This document shows positions 48,142-55,916 of a stretch of 55,916 nt of DNA, piece after piece. Made by a program: the position numbers and the translations under genes. Under the pieces are notes generated by a model. It was not told the DNA's origin and ran no database searches. It saw only the letters and a program-made list of their open reading frames with translations. Within the stretch, counting starts at the first letter, position 1, and each line of letters opens with the position of its first letter. The stretch lies in NCBI GenBank assembly GCA_964478655.1, contig CAYZJR010000038.1, forward strand, positions 1 through 55,916. The letters run 5' to 3'. The DNA is from an uncultured Candidatus Obscuribacterales bacterium (GTDB taxonomy: Bacteria; Cyanobacteriota; Vampirovibrionia; Obscuribacterales; Obscuribacteraceae).

Positions 48142-49329
48142 ATGTTTCAAATACTTCAAGACATACACTTCGAGCGACCAGGTTTTGTCATCTGGTCGCC
48201 GCTAGTGGTTTTGGCCGTGTTCGCACTCGGCTTCATCGCGCACCGCATTCGGTGTGCTGTCAGAAACAGCTACGCAAGCGACGCGCTGCTTTCTCGCACA
48301 ACGCGACTGCCGAAGCCGATATCTCATTGGCTTTCGGTGATCGGGTGGCAGTCCGCAGCTTTCTTTGCCTGCGTCGGACTCTCCGGGCCGTTCCAACCAA
48401 ATAGACCCATCACTCTGCCTGAGGGCAGTTTGCATGTTGTGGCGGTGTTCGATGTGTCGTTAAGCATGGCTTGCGAAGATTACCGCTTCGTCTTGCCGAC
48501 TCCTGATGGTGCGCCGCCCTTGGGTCCTTGGGGCAGTCGTTTGCAGATGGCAAAGCGAACGTTTGTCGACCAGGTGTTCAAGACGATTCCCGGCAACAAG
48601 GTTGGGCTCGTCACGTACACTGGTGATGGCTACCCGCAAGCGCCGCTTTGCCAGGACTATGCGACACTGAAGTACATCATGACCGACACCGGTTGGATGG
48701 GCATCAACAGCGCCCCGGGCAGCGGCTCTGACTATGTCGAGGGACTTAAGTGTGCACTGGACACTTTGCGGCGAGACTTTGACCCTGGCAAAAGGCAAGT
48801 AATCATGCTGTTTTCGGACGGCGGCTTGCCTGACTTCAAATCTGCTGACGATAAAGCGCATTGGCAGGAGGACCTTCAGAAAACTGTCGCGGAGCTAGAT
48901 GCACTGCGGCAGCAGAGTGGAGGGAACTTGACTGTGGTTGTCGTCGGAGTCGGAGACACGCAACCGCAGATGGTGCCGGTTTATGACCCGCGCACGCTCC
49001 AGCGCGCTGATTGGCACCCGATCGGTAAGCCCGAGAAATCTCAGACCGCCCTCGACGAGGATGTGTTGAAAGACCTCGCTGCACAGACGAAGGGCGTCTA
49101 TGTCTGGCTGCCGACTGATGCCGACTCGGCGAAGGTTCCTGTGGATTGGGTAAAGGCAGTGGGTGGAACCAAAGAGTCCGAAGGCAAGTTGTCCCTTGCC
49201 TGTTATCCGCTTGCGGCGACTATGTTGCTGTTCGCGGTGCTTCTTGCTAGAGGTCTGGTTAGCCGCCGCGACAGTGTGCGGCGAGTCACGCTGAAAGCCT
49301 CGTTTCTAAATGAACAAACTGGTCGCTAA
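48142..49329 (+). CDS. BatB-like vWA domain membrane protein
   Basis: TMs, VAVFDVSLSM MIDAS, C-terminal TM. Confidence 0.65.
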   Translation: MFQILQDIHFERPGFVIWSPLVVLAVFALGFIAHRIRCAVRNSYASDALLSRTTRLPKPISHWLSVIGWQSAAFFACVGLSGPFQPNRPITLPEGSLHVVAVFDVSLSMACEDYRFVLPTPDGAPPLGPWGSRLQMAKRTFVDQVFKTIPGNKVGLVTYTGDGYPQAPLCQDYATLKYIMTDTGWMGINSAPGSGSDYVEGLKCALDTLRRDFDPGKRQVIMLFSDGGLPDFKSADDKAHWQEDLQKTVAELDALRQQSGGNLTVVVVGVGDTQPQMVPVYDPRTLQRADWHPIGKPEKSQTALDEDVLKDLAAQTKGVYVWLPTDADSAKVPVDWVKAVGGTKESEGKLSLACYPLAATMLLFAVLLARGLVSRRDSVRRVTLKASFLNEQTGR

Positions 49330-49348
49330 CTTCTAACTTCTCAGACAC

Positions 49349-50395
49349 ATGAATACTAGTAACACGAACAATACGAACATCGATGCCTCCACGTTCTGCC
49401 AAAACTGGAAGCGCATGGTTGCCGAGATTCAGAAGGTGGTTGTCGGCTGCGATGAGGCGCTGCGCCTCGCCGGCATCGCCATGTTTTCCGACGGGCATCT
49501 GCTTTTGCAGTCGGTGCCTGGTTTGGGAAAAACGACGATGGCATTCAGCATCGGGCACACCATCAAAGACGGCGTCGCCGGCTGGTTTGCCGGTACCGCG
49601 GATCTCTTGCCGATGGACATCATCGGAAGCAAGGCGTGGAATCCCGCTACGCGTACCCTGGAAATTCAACACGGCGCCATCAAGCCCGAGTTCAACGTGG
49701 TTCTCGCCGACGAAATCAACCGCATGACTCCCAAGGCCGGCAGCTCGCTGTTGGGTGTCATGGAGGAGCGCGTGCTCAACGTGCAGGGTGAGGTCTTCCA
49801 CATGGCCGACCCTTTCCTTGTCATCGGCACGATGAACCCGATCGAACAAGAGGGCACCTACCCTCCGCCGGAAGCGGCACTCGACCGCTTCGCCGTCATG
49901 GGCGCACTCGATTACCCGAGCCGCGAATTGGAGATTCAGCTGGCCTGCCGCAAGTCCATCTTCGCGCGCAATCAGCAAGAAGCCGCGGGCATGGAGAAAG
50001 TGATCACGCCTGCTGAGCTGCTCGCTATGCGGCGGTTCGCCCAGGACGAAGTAACCATCTCCGAGTCGGTCACCGGCTACATCGTCGATCTCGTGCGCGC
50101 AACGCGTCCGAAGAACGAGGAGTGCCGGCAGTACCTCAGTGCCGAGCTGCACAAGCTGATAGCGGTCGGTGCCTCCAGCCGTGGTGTCAAATGGCTCACA
50201 GCTTGCAGCCGTGCCGCCGCCGCCTTGCGCGGAAGCAAGGTCGTTTGCGTGTCGGACGTCAAATCCATCGCCAAGGCCACGCTCGCACATCGTCTGGTAC
50301 TCAACCCGATGGTGGGCTTTCGCAACGACAAAGACGAGCTGCTCAACGAGATCTTTGCTCGCCTGGTCGAGAAGGTGCCGGCGGTTAAAGAATAG
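49349..50395 (+). CDS. moxR: MoxR-family AAA+ ATPase
   Basis: LLLQSVPGLGKT (Walker A), VVLADEINRMTPKAGSSLLGVMEE, GTMNPIEQEGTYPPPEAALDRF. Confidence 0.85.
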   Translation: MNTSNTNNTNIDASTFCQNWKRMVAEIQKVVVGCDEALRLAGIAMFSDGHLLLQSVPGLGKTTMAFSIGHTIKDGVAGWFAGTADLLPMDIIGSKAWNPATRTLEIQHGAIKPEFNVVLADEINRMTPKAGSSLLGVMEERVLNVQGEVFHMADPFLVIGTMNPIEQEGTYPPPEAALDRFAVMGALDYPSRELEIQLACRKSIFARNQQEAAGMEKVITPAELLAMRRFAQDEVTISESVTGYIVDLVRATRPKNEECRQYLSAELHKLIAVGASSRGVKWLTACSRAAAALRGSKVVCVSDVKSIAKATLAHRLVLNPMVGFRNDKDELLNEIFARLVEKVPAVKE

Positions 50396-50418
50396 TTTGG
50401 TCTACAACCTCAAATACT

Positions 50419-51408
50419 ATGAACCGAAAAGCATTGAATCGGGCAGTTGACCCGCCTCGTGCTCTTGGCGATGACCTGGAGGCGCGCATCGATCGCGTGC
50501 TGAGCCGGGCATCTGAAGGGGCTGTCGAGGTGGGCTTTCGCTCGCGTATGTTTAAGACCGGCGTTCGAAAGAGCGTGTTCAATGGTGTCGAAGGTGAATT
50601 CGTCCAGGCGAAGCAGTTCACCTGGGGTTCCGACGACCCGCGCACCATACTTTCGCGTGCCACCATGCGCTCGGCAGGAGAGACCATCTACTGCCGAGTC
50701 AACAGGCCCGACACGAAAACTTGCGTGTACGTTCTTGCAGACATTGGTCGCACGCACGATTTCGGGCATCACGGTGAGTCGAAGCAAGAGCTGCTTGCGC
50801 GCGCCTTCGCTTGCGTGTGCATGTCGGTGAAAGACTCACATGACGTAATCAAGGCGGCTTTGTTCGGCTTTGCTGATGGTGAGAAAGTGTTTCGCATGCC
50901 GCGTGCCCAAGATCCGTTTCGGATCGTGAGAAAGCTGGTGGGCGATATTTTGGAACCTGATCTGAGCCTCACCCAAGACGTGCAGATGGGCGGCTTCGCT
51001 GCCGCGCTCGAGATACTTTCCGAGCGCGGGCAGCAAGACGTCATCATCTTGTCCGACTTCCTGTCGATGACGCAAGAGCACGAAAAGCTGCTGGCGGATG
51101 TCGCTCGAAACAACTGCGTTCGCGCGGTGGTCGTGCAAGATCTTCGCGAGCGGCAGTTGCCCGAAGGTCCGCGTTGGTTGCCGCTTCCTGTGCCTATTGA
51201 CGTGTTCGATCTGTCTACCGGCGCCCGCCGGAAGTGGTGGCTGACGAATAATAACCGCCGTCGCTACACCCAGGCGTTTGAAGAGCATGAAGCCCGCCTT
51301 CATCGTTTCTTCCAGGCGCATGGGGTTTCTTTCGAAACGATCGGCACCGAATCCGGTGCCGAAGCTAACAAGAGCGTGCTGGGGCTTCTTGCCTGTCCAA
51401 CCAGTTAG
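50419..51408 (+). CDS. DUF58 (vWA-like) MoxR-partner protein
   Basis: Position immediately after moxR; VYVLADIGRTHDFG block; TAG stop. Confidence 0.6.
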   Translation: MNRKALNRAVDPPRALGDDLEARIDRVLSRASEGAVEVGFRSRMFKTGVRKSVFNGVEGEFVQAKQFTWGSDDPRTILSRATMRSAGETIYCRVNRPDTKTCVYVLADIGRTHDFGHHGESKQELLARAFACVCMSVKDSHDVIKAALFGFADGEKVFRMPRAQDPFRIVRKLVGDILEPDLSLTQDVQMGGFAAALEILSERGQQDVIILSDFLSMTQEHEKLLADVARNNCVRAVVVQDLRERQLPEGPRWLPLPVPIDVFDLSTGARRKWWLTNNNRRRYTQAFEEHEARLHRFFQAHGVSFETIGTESGAEANKSVLGLLACPTS

Positions 51409-51438
51409 GTTGTTCCAGCCGAATTAACCATTGAGCCT

Positions 51439-52566
51439 ATGAAAAATTCTCGAATGTTTATTGCAAGTGCCTCATTCCATCGGGTGCTGGCGCTTTTCCT
51501 GCTCTTCGCCGGAGCTTGCGCCGTCGGTTTGGCGCAGACCGTGCCGACGGTGCAGTTAACGCCGACGCCCGTCAAGCGCGAGTGGATGGCCGATCGCAAG
51601 CTGTTCGTCGAGGTGTCGACCGCCAAACCCGATGGCGAAGGAGCCTATGTTCCAGCAGCGGGCTGGAGTGCCGAAAACTACGCCATTCGCATCGGCAACG
51701 TGATTCCCGTCAGGGTGCGGGTTTACGTTATCGAACCAAAAAGCGGCGAAACCCGACCGGAAGTCGACTTCGCCAATCTCAAGGCGGGGCGGCTGTCGAT
51801 TCAACCCCAACCCGACCCAGACTTCATTTTGGCTGATGCAAGGCTTTTGCCGCGTGGCGTGCAACCCATCTCAGTGTCCCCGCCATCACCAGCGGTGCTT
51901 AAGTTGGGCGGCGCCGAATACAAAGCCGAAGTGCATGAAATTGTTGCTTACGTGCAGACCATGCGCATTCCGCAGCCCATGATGTTTACGCTGGAGTTCA
52001 GGTATGCCGTCAAGAAAATGGCGACCGGCAAGGGTCTCGACTGGCAGGCGACTCGCTCACCTGCCTATGTCTTATCGATGTCGCGCACCGCGGACAATGG
52101 CACTGACCTGTCGGAGGGAAACACTGCTCTTGCTGTGAGCGAGCCTCCGATGCGGCTTGGTTTGCTGCTTGTGATTGCTGGTTCGGCACTGGCTTTGCTG
52201 GTTGTTGCCGACAGCGCCATTCGCTTTGCCAGGCGTCGCGCCCGCACAGTGATTACGCCGGACCCGGAAGAAATTGCGTGGGGCAAACTGCGTCCGCTTT
52301 TGGCCGCTGCTCGGCGGGCTAGAGGCTTCCGATTCAGCGAAGCGCAAGTCAGACAGCTGGTCTCGATTGTGTTGGAGTACAGCGGACACGTTTCGCTGAG
52401 CGCTGAGCAACTCGACCGGCTCCAATTCGAAGATGACGACGGCCCCTTGCTGTACGTCATCTTGTATCCGCTCATGCACGGTGTGTTGGAGGTAGGGCAG
52501 CCGCTTTCAGACGAGCGCTACGGGGAAATTGTCGAGCACATAACGAGGCTCATACCCCAGCCGTGA
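51439..52566 (+). CDS. BatD-like protein (signal peptide + late TM)
   Basis: N-terminal signal, C-proximal TM LGLLLVIAGSALALLVV, operon context. Confidence 0.5.
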   Translation: MKNSRMFIASASFHRVLALFLLFAGACAVGLAQTVPTVQLTPTPVKREWMADRKLFVEVSTAKPDGEGAYVPAAGWSAENYAIRIGNVIPVRVRVYVIEPKSGETRPEVDFANLKAGRLSIQPQPDPDFILADARLLPRGVQPISVSPPSPAVLKLGGAEYKAEVHEIVAYVQTMRIPQPMMFTLEFRYAVKKMATGKGLDWQATRSPAYVLSMSRTADNGTDLSEGNTALAVSEPPMRLGLLLVIAGSALALLVVADSAIRFARRRARTVITPDPEEIAWGKLRPLLAAARRARGFRFSEAQVRQLVSIVLEYSGHVSLSAEQLDRLQFEDDDGPLLYVILYPLMHGVLEVGQPLSDERYGEIVEHITRLIPQP

Positions 52567-52607
52567 CCGCGCGGGCGACAAACTAGCTTGAACATCAAAA
52601 AATAGCT

Positions 52608-54320
52608 ATGAAGACGAATTCAAATCCGATTCTTTTGAGATTGGCCGGCACGACGAAGAAGCTTATCGCTTCTCTAGGGCTTGCCTGGCTAGTCTGGGGC
52701 GGTTCCATCGCTGCGCAGACTACGCCGCCTGCACCAGGCGTGCCGAAAAACACAACACCTATCGCCGACCCCAAGACGAAGACCAATGCCGCTGTTCCAG
52801 CGGCACCTGAAGAGGCGAGGGAAGACGCTCCGCTCTTTCAGCAGGTTAACGAAGAACTCTTCCCTCTATCCACTCCGATTCCTGAGAAGCCCGATCCCAA
52901 GCGGCTGTACAAGGAGGCGATCCAGAAGATCGCCGACCTCCACATCGGACTCGCCGAAAAACCAGCGGCTCCGTCGCAAGAGCCGGTAACGAGTCTGGAA
53001 GAGGCTCACGGAAGTGTTCCGACCAAAAAGCAGGAGTTCCTCCGCAAGTGGGGTGAACCGAAAGATCCCTGCACGACGCTGGAGGAAGCGGATAAGCAGA
53101 TCGCGCTTGCTCTGGAGAGTCTGGGTTACCGCTTTGACGGCTATATGCCACCAAAAGCGGTGGAGGTCATGAAGAACATGGCCGATCCCACAAGTGTCGG
53201 CATCGGTGTTGCCGTCAAGTTGAAGGGGCAAGACGAGCTGCTGAAGGGGTTGCCCGATGGGGCGACCAAGGAGCAAGTCGAGAAGGCTTTGACGATTACG
53301 AGCGAACATCCGATGGAGCTAACTCCTTTGAAAGGAGGTCCTGCCGACAAGGCTGGGGTCAAGGAGGGAGACATCGTCAAGAAAGTCGATGGCAATCCCG
53401 TCGACGGAAAGACAATGGCAAAGACGATCTCGCAAATCAGAGGCAAGAAGGGCACTGAAGTTGAGCTCACTCTTGAAAGACAAGTCTCCGGCAAAGTCGA
53501 GGAAGTGAAAGTCAAGCTGATGCGAGATGAGTTCGTAGTTTCGGCTGTGGACTCCAAGGACCTCGGTGATGGCACCTGGTATGTGTCCCTGTCGAGCTTC
53601 ATGCCTGACAAAGCAGCAAGCGACATGCAGGCGGCGCTCAAGAAGGTGGTCGACGCGAAAGGGACGAAGCTCATTCTCGACTTGAGAGGAAACGGCGGTG
53701 GTCGGCTTGACCATGGCATCAACATTGCCCAGTATCTCTTGCCTGAAGGAACAATTGTGATGTTGCATCGACGCGACGCGGCAACCGGCAAGCTTGTGTA
53801 CGAAGAGCATTATGCAGCGCGTCACAGCATGGTGACTACTTTTCCGGAAGATAAGGGGTTGCAGGCTGTCGTCTCGCAGAGGGTGCTTGTGATACCGCCT
53901 GCGATGCCAATCGTTGTTCTCATCGACGAGGATTCTGCTTCTGCCTCCGAGTTGGTTTCCGGCTGCTTGAAGCACTATTCACGGGCGAAGTTCGTCGGAG
54001 TTCGCTCGTTGGGGAAGGGCGTCGGGCAGCAAGTTATCGACTTGCCCTACGGGCGCCAAGTTAAAATCACGAACTTCCAGTTTCGCCCCGGTGATGACGA
54101 CATCGACCATGTCGGCATCAGTGTGGATTTGGAGGTGTCGTTGAAGAAAGGCGAGCCGGATGCGCAGATGGAAGCGGCCAAGAAGCTAGTGGATGAGATG
54201 TATCGCGATGGGCTGAAAAGCGCATCGGAAGCAAAAGCCAAGACCGAAGCTGTGAGGCGCGAGAAGTTGGCTGAGTGGCAACGGCTGAAACAAGAGCGCG
54301 GCAAAGCGCAACACCCTTAA
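52608..54320 (+). CDS. S41 C-terminal processing peptidase with PDZ domain
   Basis: Signal peptide; PDZ LKGGPADKAGVKEGDIVKKVDG; S41 block LILDLRGNGGGRLD. Confidence 0.8.
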   Translation: MKTNSNPILLRLAGTTKKLIASLGLAWLVWGGSIAAQTTPPAPGVPKNTTPIADPKTKTNAAVPAAPEEAREDAPLFQQVNEELFPLSTPIPEKPDPKRLYKEAIQKIADLHIGLAEKPAAPSQEPVTSLEEAHGSVPTKKQEFLRKWGEPKDPCTTLEEADKQIALALESLGYRFDGYMPPKAVEVMKNMADPTSVGIGVAVKLKGQDELLKGLPDGATKEQVEKALTITSEHPMELTPLKGGPADKAGVKEGDIVKKVDGNPVDGKTMAKTISQIRGKKGTEVELTLERQVSGKVEEVKVKLMRDEFVVSAVDSKDLGDGTWYVSLSSFMPDKAASDMQAALKKVVDAKGTKLILDLRGNGGGRLDHGINIAQYLLPEGTIVMLHRRDAATGKLVYEEHYAARHSMVTTFPEDKGLQAVVSQRVLVIPPAMPIVVLIDEDSASASELVSGCLKHYSRAKFVGVRSLGKGVGQQVIDLPYGRQVKITNFQFRPGDDDIDHVGISVDLEVSLKKGEPDAQMEAAKKLVDEMYRDGLKSASEAKAKTEAVRREKLAEWQRLKQERGKAQHP

Positions 54321-54325
54321 CGCTT

Positions 54326-55810
54326 ATGAAAAGAAACGATTCAAGATTGAATTTACGAAGTGCGCGCTGCAAGAAGTATCGTGCCGTCATGGCTCGACGC
54401 GCTTTGGGCGCAACGGCGATTGCCGTGTTTATTCTAGTTTGCGTTATCTACTGTTTCACCACCGGAGATCGCAAGACTCCACTTGTGGTGCCTCAGAGTG
54501 CTTCTGGCGGTACTTTTGCAGCTTCCTCTACACCCGCCGAGTTGACCGATTCTCTGACCGTCGGTGTTGATGCTTTCGAACGCGACTTCATTGCGCGGGA
54601 CCAATTCCGGAAGCGTCTTGCAGTGCTTAAGAGTGAGGTCGTATCTGGGCTGAGAAGCGAAGCCCAGCTCGTCAGCGCAGTTTCTGCGATGATCGATGAG
54701 ACCAACGACAAACATGCGGAGTTAGCCACGGTCGAGGAGTACGAGACATGGTTGGCCCGAAGAGAGGGTAAGGTCGTTGGAATCGACTTCGATTACGAGC
54801 AGAACCAAGACGGCCGTGTGTTCGTCACCAAGGTTCAGTCGAACGGCTCGGCTGAAAAGGCTGGTGTGAAGCCTGGTGACGAGCTCGTAAATATCGACGA
54901 GTATCACGTCGACGAACTCAAGAAAGCAGGCGGTGCGGCTCGCGCAATCGGCGTGCTCGCAAACTACGGCGTGATCGGCAGCACAATCGACATGCGCTTC
55001 AAGCGCGGGGACGTTTACATGAACTTCGAGATCGAGCGCGTTGTCCTGAAGACCGAATCTGCGTTGAAGGCGGACGTGGAGAAGCGCTCGAATGACTCTG
55101 AGCCGCTTGTGGCAGGCATGCAGCTGGCCTTCCTCGAAGCCAATGACGTCGTAGAGCAAGTGATTGCCGAACTCGAAAAGGTAAACAAAGATGGCGTGAA
55201 GGGGCTAGTTCTAGGGTTGGAATCGCTTGCCGGAGGCAATGGCGAGAAGGCACTTAGAATTGCCGCGCTGTTCATTGAAAACGGTGTGCTTGCACACGTC
55301 ATCGAGCCAGTTGGAGTTGAGGAAGTAGAGATGAAGAGCTATTACGTTCAAAACGGAAAAGTCTTCGTTTCGACCAAAGGTCCGTTTACCAGGCGGGCTG
55401 ATGGTAAGCTCGACACGGGCAAGACGGCACCGCCAACGGTGACACCTCTGGATTGGAAGGCAAATGTCTTTGCCGGCGAGCTGGTTGTCTGCGTCAACCG
55501 GCAGACAGCAGGTTGTGCCGAACTCATAACTTCGGCGCTCAAGGGAAATCGCCGGGCGACGGTGGTCGGCGCGCGCACTGCTGGAAAGGGGCTCGGGCAG
55601 ACAATCTATCGCCTGTCTGCAAAGTATGTGCTCGTCTTCTCGACGAGTTCGTGGCTTGGCCCTGATGGCTGGGCAATCGAGGATATCTCGATCACACCCA
55701 ATGTTCCGCTTGATCCTCGCTTCGGCTCTGCCACACAAGCGGCGCTGCAAGTGCTGCATCAGAAGCTGCGACTGGTGCCATTTCCTGTGCTTCCACCTGA
55801 GGCTCAGTAA
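54326..55810 (+). CDS. second S41-family peptidase paralog (PDZ + divergent catalytic block)
   Basis: PDZ-like VQSNGSAEKAGVKPGDELVNIDE; GLVLGLESLAGGNGEKAL in place of DLRxNxGG; start at MKRNDS (ORF track begins earlier at 54275). Confidence 0.6.
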   Translation: MKRNDSRLNLRSARCKKYRAVMARRALGATAIAVFILVCVIYCFTTGDRKTPLVVPQSASGGTFAASSTPAELTDSLTVGVDAFERDFIARDQFRKRLAVLKSEVVSGLRSEAQLVSAVSAMIDETNDKHAELATVEEYETWLARREGKVVGIDFDYEQNQDGRVFVTKVQSNGSAEKAGVKPGDELVNIDEYHVDELKKAGGAARAIGVLANYGVIGSTIDMRFKRGDVYMNFEIERVVLKTESALKADVEKRSNDSEPLVAGMQLAFLEANDVVEQVIAELEKVNKDGVKGLVLGLESLAGGNGEKALRIAALFIENGVLAHVIEPVGVEEVEMKSYYVQNGKVFVSTKGPFTRRADGKLDTGKTAPPTVTPLDWKANVFAGELVVCVNRQTAGCAELITSALKGNRRATVVGARTAGKGLGQTIYRLSAKYVLVFSTSSWLGPDGWAIEDISITPNVPLDPRFGSATQAALQVLHQKLRLVPFPVLPPEAQ

Positions 55811-55866
55811 GCGGAAAAATACCTGTCTGAAGCCAGAGTACACGGATTGTAACCGCAGCGCAAAGC

Positions 55867-55913
55867 GGGTCCGGCAGTGGGAAACTGCTGCCGGACCTGG
55901 CTTTTGCGTCTTT
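55867..55913 (+). terminator. rho-independent terminator
   Basis: gggtccggcag...ctgccggacc hairpin + tggcttttgcgtcttt. Confidence 0.55.
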
Positions 55914-55916
55914 AAA

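Overview
Mosaic bacterial chromosomal window of 55.9 kb with no rRNA, CRISPR array, integrase or transposase. By eye, about 45-50% GC background alternates with two high-GC blocks (over 60% GC, strong GC3 bias) at about 6.2-13.7 kb and 19.4-23.5 kb. Housekeeping and well-characterised families include class I FBP aldolase (fbaB), methylmalonyl-CoA epimerase-like VOC, RfaE-II-type adenylyltransferase, a Kef-type CPA2 antiporter with RCK domains, peptidyl-tRNA hydrolase, an EamA transporter, an HtpX-like M48 protease, an S53 sedolisin, two S41 C-terminal processing peptidases, and a complete MoxR / DUF58 / BatA-BatB-BatC-BatD-like cluster. Unusual content, in order along the window: (1) a co-oriented high-GC operon of two Nudix (ADP-ribose pyrophosphatase-like) enzymes, a nucleoside-hydrolase-like protein, a family I inorganic pyrophosphatase with a lysine-rich tail, and six unknowns; (2) 18-bp tandem repeats plus paired 12-bp palindromes downstream of an 821-aa lipoprotein; (3) a flotillin/SPFH protein with four internal repeats; (4) two tandem paralogous 365-aa proteins with TadE-like prepilin leaders and a GWW C-terminus, plus a decayed third copy; (5) a tRNA-like gene whose anticodon reads CUA (amber) although TAG is used as a stop in this window; (6) a 50-nt hairpin element conserved at two loci; (7) a calpain-like C2 protease with two N-terminal EF-hands.
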